Assembly: GCA_013265495.1 (NCBI GenBank)
Contig: MU058781.1
Span: 6,104,522 to 6,168,521, forward strand
Direction of reading: 5' to 3'
Source of the DNA: Vicugna vicugna
Lineage: Eukaryota
Length of the DNA: 64,000 nucleotides
Position numbers and translations under genes: made by a program. The notes under the pieces are model-generated. The model saw only the letters and a list, made by a program, of their open reading frames with translations, did no database searches and had not been told where the DNA came from. Positions 37,213 to 49,944 of the stretch are shown piece by piece. The stretch's first letter is position 1; each line of letters starts with the position of its first letter.

Positions 37213-37915
37213 AATTGTTGTAAATACACGTATCATAAAATTTACCATCTTAACCATTTTTAAGTGTGCAGTGTGGCAGTGTTAAGTACGTTCACATTGT
37301 TTGACAACCAATCTCATGAGCTCTTTCCATCTGACAAAACTGAAACTCTGTACCCATTAAACAACTCCCGCCGCCCCCTCCTCCCAGCCCCACCACTCTG
37401 TGTTCTGTCTCTGTAAATGTGACAAACCAGGTGCCTCATATAAGCAGAATCACATAGTATTAGTCCTTTTGTGACTGGCTTATCTTACTTGGCACAATGT
37501 GCTCAAGGTTTACCCACACTGTAGCAAGTGTTAGATTTTCCTTCCTTTTTAAAGGCTGAATAATACTCCATTGTACATATGTACTACATTTTGTCTATCC
37601 ATTTCATCTGCTGATGGGCACTTGGGTTAGTCCCCCATTTTGGCTATTGTGAATAATGCTGCCGTGGACATAAATGTTCATGTATCTCTTCCAGACCTTG
37701 CTTTCAATTCTTTGGGGGTATACATCAAGTGGAGTTGCTGAATCATATGGTCATTCTATTTGTAATTTTCTGAGGAACTGCTCTGTTTCCATAGCACTGC
37801 ATCATTCTCTACTCCTACCAACTGTCCACAAGGATTCCAAATTTTTCACACCTTTGCCAACACTTGTTATTTTCTGGGTTTTTTTTTTCAATAATATCCA
37901 ACCTGATGGGTGGTG
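37213..37915 (-). mobile_element. L1MB-type 3' end
   Basis: 'cataaaatttaccatcttaaccatttttaagtgt...aaactgaaactctgtacccattaaacaact...aaggctgaataatactccattg...gccaacacttgttattttctg'. Confidence 0.93.
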
Positions 37916-38269
37916 GGACATAAAATATTTTTTTAAAAACATAGGTGAAATTTTAAAAACATGAAAAACTGGGGGAAATGTTTGCAAGGTATATGGTTTA
38001 TATTCCTAATAAGTAAAGGACTCAATAATCAATGAGAAAAAAATTAAAAGAATTAAAAATAAACTATGAATATAAATAGCAACTTAATCAGAGACTAACA
38101 AGTAGTTAATAAACATGCATACATGTTCACCCTTTTCAATTATCAGAGCAATATAAATAGAAACACCATTTAGATCATGTCAATTGGCAAAGATGGAAAG
38201 AATTGGCAACACTCAGTGACGGTGAGAATGCGGGGGAGCAGGTGCTCTCATGTATATAACCCTGGTTGA

Positions 38270-38705
38270 GGAGAAAACTAGCTGTTTTCTAATGTCCATT
38301 CTCCTCATTTTCCTTGGTAATAGAATCCACTATTTTCTAAGCTGGCTGTATTGTTGCTTGGAATAAAGACAAGATTTTTAAGCCTTCCTTGCAGCTAAAT
38401 ATTGCCAAGGATCTAGCTGTGACATGGTTTTGGCCAATGAGATATAAGTGAGCACTGTGTAGAAAGTCTGGGAAGCTTCCTTAAAAGAGGAGAAGCGTGT
38501 CCATTATTGCTGTTCTGCTTCTTCCCACTGCTTTCATGGAACATAACTGTGATGGCAGGCATTCCAGCAGCCAACTTGGAGCACAAAGTAACTTTGAGGA
38601 TGGAACAAGGGTGGTGCTGGGGCTAGGAAAGAGAGACCTTGAGCACAGATTTGAGTGTCTGAAACTTGGCCTCGTGGTTCCTGTTATAGTCACTTATTCC
38701 TAATA
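38270..38705 (+). mobile_element. MaLR solo LTR (MLT1J-like)
   Basis: 'aatgtccattctcc..ttccttggtaatagaa...agccttccttgcagcta...tggccaatgagatataagtg...gtgatggcaggcattccagcagccaacttgga'. Confidence 0.8.
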
Positions 38706-39214
38706 TGGGTCTAATTCAGCCACAAACTGGCTGTGGAAAATTCCCATTATGTTCAGGTCAGCAGAGGGAGTCACGTATCTCTAAGGAGACTCCTGACCCT
38801 CTGAAGATGGCCAGTGCTGCCTGAAACAAATACTGCAATTAAAAATGTATTATTAAAAATCTATAAAATGTAATAAGTAGAATAGAAATTTACATAATTT
38901 AACTTTCCAGTGGTGCGATTTTGTACGATTTTAGCAAATATACTTCTGAGGTTATTAAAGCTGCAGTATGACTTCTGGAAGCCCTCGTGTGACAGGCAAT
39001 GCTTCTTTTGACTATAGATTCACTTTGTCTACTTGTGCCCACATGCAGGTAATATACTTTCCATTTGCACTCAAATCTTTTCTCCCCTTTGCAAAGCAGT
39101 GCTGTATGTAGGGAGATGTGCTAGTGTGAACTCACTCCCTGCTCCCCAAAACCACATCGTGTCCAGGAGGTTACAAACTGGAAGTTGGTGCATCGAAGCA
39201 AAGGCATGGAGATA

Positions 39215-39410
39215 GGTTTAAATATGGGGAACCTGGGTTTGCTTGGCCTGGAGAAGAAGAAACTCAATACGGGATAGTGGTCTTTAATTACCTAAGGGGC
39301 TCACGAAGCAGAGATTACAAGAGACAGTGCTCTCTAGGAATGAAAACTATCCATCAAAGAACTGGGCTCCCTCGAGAAGGAGTGAGTTCCCCGTCCCTGG
39401 CAATGTTTCT
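39215..39410 (+). mobile_element. L3/CR1 LINE fragment
   Basis: 'gcctggagaagaagaaactca...tctttaattacctaagggg...gtgagttccccgtccctgg'. Confidence 0.7.
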
Positions 39411-39829
39411 CCTATAGAGAACACTGCTCCAGTGCACAGAACCGGGTCAAGGTCGCATGATCCACTGGGGTTTTGTGACTGACTGAACTGCCTTGTGAAA
39501 AGGCGAGAAGACCTCAGCGGGAACTGGGTGTCAGAGGAGGAAGCTTTGTGGCACACGCCTGGCAGCATGTGGACAGCGAGATTGGAATATCAGCCTAATT
39601 TCCCTAATGTCCTATTTTCCAGTTAACCGTCAGTGCCTGCTGGACTGTTTCCCCCTGCTGTCTCCCAGCCCCTCTCCAGTGTCTAAAGCTTCCTCAACCC
39701 TAACCATTTTCTGGAGCCTCTCTTCCTCTGCAGAACCTTCTCTTAAAACTTCCTCCTACAGTTCTCCCGGCAGCATTTAATGGAGCTGTGGTTCAAAGTC
39801 ACTGGTGGAGATCACACACCTGCCCACTC

Positions 39830-40150
39830 AGCGTAGAGCAGTAAGACATCAAAGTGAAGAGAATGGCCTTTGGAGTCAGACCAACGTTAGAATTCAGGTC
39901 TTAATCAGTAACTACCTCTTACTCACCACCATTCACTCAGCTTTGGTTGCCCCATCTGTCAACTGGGGAAGACGATGCAAATGACAGCTCAGGTTGGCAC
40001 CAGGTGCTAACTAAATGCATCGTATGGATAACCTCTCCTAAGAGAGAGTACTCTTCATTCCCTGCACTTGACCACCAACAGGATAGCTGTGAGGCATGTA
40101 AAGTGTTCAACCCCGCCTCATGCCTCAGCACTGTGTAAACTGTACAAACA
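39830..40150 (+). mobile_element. MIR SINE (degenerate; continues after the SINE insertion to about 40340)
   Basis: 'ctttggagtcagacc', 'ccccatctgtcaactgggga', 'ggatagctgtgagg..tgtaaagtg'. Confidence 0.65.
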
Positions 40151-40312
40151 GGGTGGGAGGGGCCAGCTCAGTGGTAGAGCACATGCTTAGCATGCAAGAG
40201 GTCCTGGGTTCAATCCCCAGCACCTTCATTTAAAAAAAAAAAACAGAAAAAAAGGCAAAAAAGAGTATACTTCTAAGAAAAAATTAAAAAGCTAAAAATA
40301 AAATTAAAAAAT
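40151..40312 (+). mobile_element. tRNA-Ala(AGC)-derived SINE (vic-1 type) with long A-rich tail
   Basis: 'agctcagtggtagagcacatgcttagcatgcaagaggtcctgggttcaatccccagcacc'; 14-bp TSD aaactgtacaaaca (40137-40150) / aaactatataaaca (40313-40326). Confidence 0.9.
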
Positions 40313-43230
40313 AAACTATATAAACACTGCCTGTTATTATAAGGCAGGTGGTAAAATCTGGTGCTATAGCAATGGCAGCCCTACCTCCACTCCTTTCTCT
40401 CCATGATCATGACCACCTTGAGAACAGCTGGTCTATACACCCATTTGGCATTTATTCACATTCATCTTGGACTGTTCCTGAGTGGCTCATGCATCGATGT
40501 GTGTCCTGCCTCTGGAGGATGAGAATTCCTGGGGACGCTACCGGGCATCTCCTCCAGAGAGCAACGGGCCTCTCAAGCCCACGGGGTCACTCGTGGTGAA
40601 TGGAGGATGCATGTTGACTTAGGTGGACCCCAGCTGGGCAGTTCCTCCAAGTCAGGCTTGGAGCGGGACTTCCCTAGGGGCCGAACAGACGCCTTGGAGG
40701 GAAGTGACAGGCGGTGGGTGGGACCCCAGATAATGGAGAACTCTGGGGCCTCACAGCCTCCAAGCTTGCCTTGGCAACAGCTCTTTTCCCTGCTCTCTTT
40801 TGAAAGGAAATTATGTGACTGCTGGCACTAGGCAATTATCATTTGTGAACATTTTTTTTCTTGTGTCATGTCAGAGAAAAGACATACACAAACCTCGCCT
40901 GTGAACAGTACATTCAGGAATTACAGGCATAAGCCAATCTGGTTTTAAAAATGATGTTGCCATCTAAATTCTATTAACCCTACAATGCAATCTCCCATAG
41001 ACCAAAATATTGCAATTTCCTTCTCCTTTCACTTTCTTTTGCTCCAATTTAATTTGATTTTTGCTCCCTTTAGAGGATACACAGTAATCGGGTTAGGCCA
41101 TCGTAGATTCAGGCTTGCCCTTAGAGTTCCTCCCCTTTCTCTTTCAGCCCTTTCTCTGCTTCTCCCTTAATCCACTTTCTGCCCAGTGAATATCCCAAGA
41201 AGAACTGGACAGAGATAAATCATTTTGCCTTGGAAACTTATCAGCTTGGAAAAAAATAAACAATCTGCTGCCCTCCAAAACTCAGAAACCACGTTAGCCT
41301 AAGGTACCAAGTCTGTTTATTTTCCTTTATCGAAGGGATGGATTTCATAATGAAAGCCGGGCCTGACTGAATGGCCCAAGAAGTCCCTCACACCCAGGAG
41401 TGCCAGAAATAATAAATGAGCGTGTTTGCTATTGAAATGGTCCAATCTGGGTTTCAGAAGGGATTATGTTTGTTTTTTAGGTTTTATATAATAATTCTGC
41501 AACTTCAGCGCTTTCTGAGGGCATGGAGATGGCTTGCCAACTTCTAAAAGCCCAGAGAGTAATTGACTTAACGAGACTGAAGCAATATGGCTTTTTATGC
41601 TGCTTAAGGTGTAAACAAATATTTCCCCTTAACACATTTCTAATGTTTGATAAAATAACATTCATCAAATCTGATAAAAACAGGCACATCTTTTTAAAAA
41701 ATCCTGTCTCCTTGCAGTCCTTCTCTTTCTATATCCAAGAAAATGAAGAAGAGGATGCGTAAATTAGAACGGGGCAAGTCATGAAGACTAAGTAGCTCAT
41801 TTCTTTCTTATAAATTTGAGTTACGCATTCTTGAAAAGAAAGAAAAGGGCCCTCTGCCTACAAGCTCTAGTCCAAAGTGCCTTTCTGTTCCTCAGGAAAA
41901 TGAAGACGTAATAAGAATATAACATTTCCATCCTGGCAAAGCAACCCCATGCAAGGTTAGTGCAGCTAAGGTGTGCGCCGTGATCTGGAATCATTCAAAG
42001 AAGCATCTCTGGCCACTGGGAAGCTTCAGTGAAACTCCACATAGAAACTCAGACACTCTGACCTGTTCACTAGCTCCCATATTACAGTCAGTTTTGCTAC
42101 CATCCTCGGCCTGGCTCTATACACTGGCATTCTAGCCTACTGGGATCCCACCACCCTGAGACATGATGGGTTTGAAGTTGGGATGACCTTAAGAGACGTC
42201 TTTAAGGTAACAAGACTGCCAGGTTACAGACATCCTTGCTTTCAGCCCAAGCCATGTGGCTTGGAACCTTCTCCAACCTGGAAGGCTGGGCAATTCCTAC
42301 AGTCTAAAGGTCAAGTCCATGTTCCTCCAGAGAAGAACACAGGTCATTTAAATCTACAAGGGGCAAGAAAGAATATATAAAGGTCCATCAGCAAAACTTC
42401 GATCTCTTTGTCAAACTTAAAATTAGATTCATCACTGATGAAGAAATGAATAGATCTGTCTAGATATAAACATTAAACTAACATGACGATGTCTTTTTTT
42501 TATTTCTGTCTAGATCTATTTATCTAGCATGATATGTAGTTCCAGTTAATACATTTTGCTAATAATTATACTTTATTTATGTGACTTAACTTGGCACAAT
42601 CATGCCATGATATTTACTCTTCCTTTTTTAAATGAGCAAAAAAGTAAAAGAGACTCCTCCTTTCACAAGGTAGCAGGCGAAGTCTGTTATTAAATCACTG
42701 TCAGTGACTCTAAGTGAGCTGTAGAGAAAACCCTTAAAAATGAAAATTGACCGGGGGAGTTGTACACTTTGTGAAACAGACATGAACACAATCACAATGT
42801 GTCTCAAACTTTGCAGGCAATTTACCTTTGGATTGGTGTCAAACTGGGAAAATTTCAGCCTGAGGACACTTTTTAAGGGAACAGATCAGTATTGGAGAAC
42901 AGAGGAAACAGAGAGAACTCGAATGGGCGTGCTAATGGAAACTCCATCTCGGCCCTGCCTGTAGTGTTAATGGGACCACGACTGTGGACTGAGTATCACC
43001 GAAGCAGATAATTCCTTTTCCGATTACCTCACCTTCCACCTGTCAACCTGTCATTCTTCTAAAGCAGGAATTTTTTTCCTCTTTCTACTTTTAGTCGGCA
43101 ATTATATCTGAGAACTGACATGCTGCCAGAATGTTCCTGTACGAAGTCCTGGAAGGGAGGCCAAGGTCCATGTCACAAAGGATACTTGAGGATCTTCAGC
43201 ATAACCAGAGGCGCAACAGAAAACTACCCT

Positions 43231-43322
43231 AGTCAAATCACCATGCCGCACGCCATGAACTTACACGGTGCTGTATGTCAATTATATTTTAATAAAACTG
43301 GAAGAAAAAATAAATTAAAAAA
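43231..43322 (+). mobile_element. Severely 5'-truncated L1 (3' terminus plus A tail)
   Basis: 'aacttacacggtgctgtatgtcaattatattttaataaaactggaagaaaaaa'; imperfect TSD agaaaactaccct / agaaaacatacct. Confidence 0.8.
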
Positions 43323-43910
43323 AGAAAACATACCTCCAAGCAATTTGATTGATCATCTTTATCAAGTGTCCAGCTTACCATCGTGGGCTGCCTTTGTTCA
43401 ATAAATATCCACTATTGACTTGCTCCAATGGAAACGTGTCTTTATCTGAAACCAGTGTAATTCAGCCAAAGGGTCCCTGCTGAATCTTCTCTCTTTTCTC
43501 CACCTCCATGGCCCAGGGAGGGCCCAGGTAGTGATGCCATCTGCTATTTCAACAGACAAGCAAAAGGCAGGGCCTGGGCTCAGGTGATACGATGTGGTGC
43601 TTTAATGCATGTCTTGGGCCCAGAGCTGAGCCGCTGTCTCTTCAGCTGCTGGAGTAAGAAGCAGAGTGGACAGGCCCACACTGATGGCCTCTCACCCTTA
43701 GTTCCTTTTTCAAGGGGTGAAGTCATGTAGGTGGAAGGTACAGATGGAAAAAGAACATGAAGGTCAAACGGATTGGACTGTGGGGTTCCACCTGGGCTTC
43801 CCATCAATTCTGTCTCCTTTTCAGGGGGCTGTTGGTGCAGAGGTGGGTAGAGAGCTTTCTCCCTGGCTTTTATTTCATTCCGGTTCATTCTAATCCAATT
43901 TAACCTCTCA

Positions 43911-43936
43911 ACACACACACGCGTGCGCGCGCGCGC
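43911..43936. repeat. (AC)n(GC)n alternating purine-pyrimidine tract
   Basis: acacacacacgcgtgcgcgcgcgcgc. Confidence 0.9.
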
Positions 43937-45029
43937 CTTCATCTCCATGCAGGGAAGAAAGGGACGAACAACTGAGGTGCCAGTGGATGCCATGAGTTAG
44001 GCAACAAGAGGACTAAGAGGCTGGCAAAGGTGAAGCAGCAGGGAGATGCTCTGGACCAACCACTGTGTGAAATGCTCGTCATGGGTGAACATGGATGACT
44101 CAGTGGGTGAAATCCGGTCAAGGCTCTTTTATCTACCCAGTCTGTGGTCTCACCCCGTTCCCCAGGGTTTGTTTTTCTTCCTCAGTGGAAATTTGTGCAT
44201 ATGTGCTGGGGTAGTGGGGTGTGGAAGCTGGGTTTGGAGTGGCAGGAAGGGAACTATGAGAAGAGGAGTGAAATAAAGGAAGGAGCACTAACAATTCCCT
44301 AGGCTCCCCACTTTCCTGACGTTGCCTCCATGTTTACCCTGCATGTGTGGGATTAGGGGAGCAAGTCTGCAGACTCAGCAGCCGAGGCGTGAAAACTGGA
44401 ATTACTCACCTTTGGAGAAGGACACATTTGTGATAGGTAAGTGGAAATGCTGATGTTCATTCATCAGAGGCTGCGGTGCCATGAATTTCCAACTGGCTGA
44501 CTTCTCAGTAACAAGACTTGCTATCATGAAGGCTGAAGGGGTGCTTGAGTTTGGTCCTTATATTATAAAAAGCATCAGAATTTGCACTTATTTTAAGCTT
44601 GGTAGGAAGCTCTTGATATAAAGAAACAGCAAGCTCTGACCAGTGGGTCTTCATCTGTCTGGGCAGATGAGAAATCAATGGCATAAAGTGAAAAGACTGT
44701 GATGCAAAGAGGAGGGAAAATTGTAGAGGTAACCTTGGCGATGCCTGTCCAAGCACCACTTAGGGGAGAAGGTGCTCTCAGGCTGTTGGGAGTTATGTCC
44801 CCATCCTAGCAAGGGATGTATCCAGCTATCAGACTCTGTGCCTTTAAACATTCCAATGCAATTCTCATGCCAAACTCCCCAGTTCCCCTATGATGATCTG
44901 GCTTCCTGGAGCGCTTGTGTAAGGGGAGAAGACATTGCTCAGGCCAGTGCAAGTTTCTGAGCTATCCAGTTACATTAATACATGTAATCAATTAACACAC
45001 TTACATACCATACATTTATTTTAATGCTC

Positions 45030-45255
45030 TCATTGCAATTCTCTTGTTTGCGAACTGAGTCAAAAATGTCATCTTACAAAGCTCACTTCCTTCAGAGCCG
45101 TAGGGAGTAGTCATTATCAAGATCAGCAGTTGTTTCCAAATGTGCAGTTCCCGAAATCAAGGGAAGCTGACATCTCCAAGGAAGTCAGACTGTATAAGAT
45201 TAGTCAGTTTTGAAGGCACCTTAAGTGAGTCATTTCACACTGTTGACTCAACTGG
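45030..45255. promoter_or_regulatory. Candidate AP-1 enhancer
   Basis: Three perfect TGA(C/G)TCA sites at 45056-45062, 45226-45232 and 45244-45250 in sequence where I see no repeat. Confidence 0.45.
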
Positions 45256-45719
45256 TTATGTATCGGTTTTGAATTTACATACCACACACTTTACTTTCTA
45301 TTAGTTGTCTCATCTTGCTCTGTAGTCTGCATTTATGCTAATGGCACAAAACACATGAGCTTGTCAACCCTCCCAGCTTCAAGATATCTCCTTGGGGGAA
45401 TTATCCAGTCTTAAGGGATTTCTCCTCCTGGTTTGGTTGACGGGACCACTCTCTGGGTCTTCCCTGAATCTGCAGTTGTGTTGATGGACCCACCTGTTTC
45501 TAGCTCCAAATCCATTGCTTGTTGAGCCTAGGACCCTCCCCTTTGTGGCTTCCTCATCTTGACCCCAGCCTTCTTCCAGGCAACCGAATCTCTGAGAATA
45601 TTCAGAACTCCCAGGGAGGTTCTAAAGCCCACCTGCCACATCCTGGGTTGATAGTTTTGTACCCCATGGCTCGATGGTAGAACCATGTCACTCAATCAGC
45701 TTTTTTTTTTTCAAATCAT

Positions 45720-46055
45720 GGTCAGACTGATCTTTTAAAAACTCAAAATTTTTTCATCACCCCTTCCCTTAGAGTATTTAAAGGCTCACCATTGTTTTGA
45801 CAAAATTCCTTAACAAGGTTAATGGAGCGCCACGCAGACTGTTCCTGCCCTGGTCCCACCCCCATCAGGGCCTACAGCCTCTCTGACTCCAGACCCTGTT
45901 CCAGCCCCATCAGCCCTCCTTCCTTCCTATACTACTTGTGCTCCTGTCCACCACAGGGACTTTGCACGTATTGCTTCCTCTACCTTGAGTTATCTTTCTC
46001 CCCTCTTGCCTGGTTAATTCCTGTTTGGTCTTCAAATCACAGTTCAACCATTAAG
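45720..46055 (+). mobile_element. L2 fragment
   Basis: 'tgatcttttaaaa...cagggactttgcacgtattgcttcctctacc...gcctggttaattcct...cttcaaatcacagttcaa'. Confidence 0.7.
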
Positions 46056-46828
46056 TACTCAATGGACGAATATGCTGTTAAGGTATTTGGATGTAGCCTT
46101 TTCATGACAAGGGTTTCAAAACTGTTGTTCAGCTTCTGGTGTACTCCAAATAATTCTGTTTTCTGAAGTAGTGAATCAATACTATTAAGGTCTAAAACCT
46201 CATCGCTCTATTTAAATGCTCACATGATAAACATCTATGCAGCTGCCCACTAATATGAGACCAATGAACTTTATTTCTACTTAGAGCAACTGTGAAGATG
46301 CTAACAAACAGATCTTGAAGTGATACCGACAGGCCAAACCATTGGTGATAGCTCAATGGCTATTAAAACATAGCACGATCTCTCAGTTACTCTCGACCAA
46401 CAGAATAACTGCTTCTAGCCATCTCCGTCACGTCAGATACTGGCAAATACATAATTTTTTAAAATGACACTTCAAGATGAATTTCGATGACTGATATTTG
46501 GTCATAATTTTCTCCCTGGCTCACATGATAGTCACAAAATCACAGGGACTACATGCTGGTTGGAATAAATGAGGTGTGAATACACGGCTTTTGATTTTCT
46601 AAAAAGACGGAGTTATAAGAACTTTACGCATCTGAGGCTTTTGGTCTAGATCCAATTGAAAAATAAACTTCCACCAAACCCCAGAGAAGGTTTCACTCAA
46701 CAGGATGCCCCAACCTAGAAAACAGTCACTTCTGGCCAGTTACCCTGCTTAGTTTGCTGCTATTTGAGTAAGTAGTTCGGTCTGTTGGTAGGCCAAGTGC
46801 TATGAAAGCAGATAAGAAATTTCTGTGT

Positions 46829-46860
46829 ACACACACACACACACACACATACACACACAC
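46829..46860. repeat. (AC)n microsatellite
   Basis: Directly visible, one AT interruption. Confidence 0.95.
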
Positions 46861-49800
46861 CACGTGCTATGCATACATACAAAGTTACAATCACTGAACC
46901 TCGAAGAAAAGACACAGATTTTCTTACAAGTCTAAAAGGAATGAAGCTACACATCTCGGTACCCGTTATTATAATCCAAACGGCATTCAGGCGTCAATTG
47001 GGGCATTCGTTAGCTATTCGACTGCCAAGATTAACTCAACAATAACAATCAAACAGAGAAATGTTAGTAAATGACAGGGTAACCCAACAGGAAAATGCAG
47101 GCTCAAGGTCCGGGTTCCTTAGCAGAGAAAGTCCATCTTCCAGCACCCTTGCCTGAGCATGCAAAGTGTTAAAGAAGGGGTGTGACCCTGGTCTCCCTTT
47201 GCAATAACCAGCGGGCAAGCTCCACTCCTTCCTTCAACAGACAACGCTCCAACAATTTCGAGTGGCCGTTCTGACAGAACAGGATCACTGCCAATAGGCA
47301 ATGAAATACACGCGCTCAGCTCAAGAGGCCTGTTTCTCGGTGCTTACAGATGTGTGTTTGGAGGCACTGCCCAGGTGTGGCTGTTAGGTCATTTCTCATT
47401 CTTTCTCTTTTCTCTTCTCACTTTTTAAAGTGCAAGCTTTAATATCTTAGTAAGGATGCTTTTCTTGGAAATGGATTTAGAACCCACGGAGCTAAGTCTA
47501 CACAAGGGAAAAGGAGATTAATGTTAATTTAGTAACATGGGAAATACCCTTACAACACGCTCTGGCTGAGAACCCCTTTGTATCTATCCCACAGTGGTAC
47601 GAACGCCTTGCTGGAAGTCAGGGATGTTACTGCTGAGTTTTTCACAGTAACACAATGGATGCTTCTGATTTGGTTGCATAGACAGCAGGAAATCAGTGAC
47701 TTTAGGGCTTTGGGAATAAATTATTGGGCCTCCTGAGCCCAAGGATGCAATGTCATTTCATCTATACAATTATTTCCCACTTTCTCCATTTATAGGTCTC
47801 TTTACCTTTGTTTTTTCTACACACTATTGCCTGAGTGATTTTCCTAAGGATGGCTCTGCTCAGCCCCTCCCTGTTCAGAGGCTGCCCTTCATCTTTAGAC
47901 TGATGCAGAAATTTTCATCCATAACCGAGACCTGCCCATAGAAAATTCCAGCCAATGGTCGAGCTGTTCGCACTCCCACGGTCCCACCAATCTCCTTACT
48001 TACACTCTGCACTTGAGCCAAAGGGGCTGGCTTTCTGTTCTATCTTTATGCTGTTCTTTTTCCGGTCTCAGTCTTTTAACATCCTTCTCGTCCCCTAAAA
48101 TCCACCTCAAATCTCATCTCTTTAACAAAACTTTCTCCTGGGTCCCTCAGTTACACATGCCCCCCCCCCCACTTTCAGTAGCAGCTGAGCTTTGCATTTC
48201 TCTTCACAAGGTCTGTGTTCCTCCTATAAGTGTCTACACTCATGTCAATCCCCCACTTCCTGAGTTACACAGAGCTCCTTGTGGGCAGCCAACGTGTCCT
48301 AGTCTCATCTTTGTGCCCCAGACCAACCCCTACAGCACATCCCCTTGTCAAAATGGATATCTGCGGGAAGGAACTGAATCAATATATTTTCCACTTATTT
48401 ATAAACAAGCAAATAAATTATTGGAACTACTGACACTTTTCTAGGTATCAGCTGGGGCTATGGAAGAGGACCATCAGATAAGAAGGGTCCACAGACAAGT
48501 GTTTGTCTTCTTTCCCTTTAGAGAAGAAAGACTATCCTTCCATCCAGTTCTCATACTAACCTGTTACCGTTTCACACCATAAAAATCCCAGTGAGGTCAA
48601 GAAACTGCGAAAGAGAAAAGTGGGGCTTCCGCTATCACGGTGCCTTGGGAGTGGAAGGCACTTCGCTCGTTCCTGGGCCCACCTTCGAGGGTCTGTGAAT
48701 GGTGGGCGAAATGCAGAGAGAAAGAGAGGGAGTTGAGAAGCAGCTCACCACTACAGAGAAAGCAGGAGGGGATGGTGAGTGTGGGGCTGGGAAGAGAGAA
48801 GGAAAAATGGGTCCCTAAATTGGAGACAAAAGACCTTCCAATTGGTTGAGACCCAGGCTGCTGAGAACCCAACACACAGCTCTGCCTTTCTTGTAACTTT
48901 ATCTCTGTCCCTGCCTCCTTGGCTATGAAATTCCACAGAGGCGCTGAGGGCCCAAAGCACTGGAAGATTCTTGAATTAAAAGGCACTATGGAATGGCAAA
49001 GGCATTACCATTATTATTATAAGGAACCTGTCATAGGCAGAAACAGACACCACAATGCATAATTTTTTAAAAATAAATACCATGCTGTCACACTGGAGAG
49101 TGACTGGCTGTTAGATAATTTGGCAACAGCAGCGGAGCAAATGTTCAGGAGAGGTGAGTATTTTTCCACTATTCCAGAAGGCTGGGAGCATAAACAGCAA
49201 CAATTTTTGCCTCCATCTTTCAGTCATGTCCATCAAATTAAGCTTTCAAGTTGAATGCTGAATAAAATACCCTAAACACGGCGGAGAGCAAGCCCAGACT
49301 GAACATCTTGAAAGTGGAAAGCTGAGAGCGAAAGCCTGCACATTCCACGTGAATGTTTCAGTAGTGTCAGAAAATGCAGCACATGAGGGGGAAAAAGAAA
49401 AAAATCAGGCTGTGGTTTTCTTCAGTGCATTCCCTTTTAACAGTCCAAAGGGAATTTGCGTTTAAACCGTGGGATGTACTGTCACAGCAGTTTAGGCAGC
49501 GCTCATAGTATCAGAGGAAGGAGCAGTCAGCTGGACACCGCCGGGCTCGGTGACAAACTAGGACGCCCTGCGAGCAGAGGAAGCTTACATCATAGGTGTG
49601 TCCCTCGCACAGGGCGGGGCTTCATGCCAACCACGGGCACGAGGCGAAGCGAGATCAGCAGTGTTTGTCTGGATCCAGGACCAAGGGCATCATGAAAGTG
49701 TGGGAGGCTGGAGCGACAGACTTGCCCACGAGCAAAAGGATTGGCTAATAATAGTTGTGTTTAGACGAGGGAGAATTGAAGCCACAGCAGAAGGGGAAAC

Positions 49801-49944
49801 TAAAGACATTAAATTTTAGTAGAGCTAATTTTGGAAGAAGGGGGAAAGTGCCCAGGGAAATGAAACAGGATAAAGCTGTTGAAGAGAAAGCCACGGAGGA
49901 AATAGAAAGTGCTCAGAGAGAAATTAATGCCTGACCAAAATCAC

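Larger units (their letters stand above)
35950..38260 (+). mobile_element. Old L1ME ORF2 fragment hosting two nested L1 insertions (host pieces about 35950-36195, 37100-37212, 37916-38260)
   Basis: Collinear ORF2 landmarks: 'aaaataaatcccagatggattaaa', 'aagacttcctaagcatga', 'ctgggggaaatgtttgcaa', 'aattggcaaagat', 'ggtgagaatgcggggg'. Confidence 0.7.

Noticed and set aside
2730..43322. L1 orientation bias to infer the strand of a host gene
   Set aside because: L1 fragments occur on both strands in similar numbers, so the signal is uninformative.
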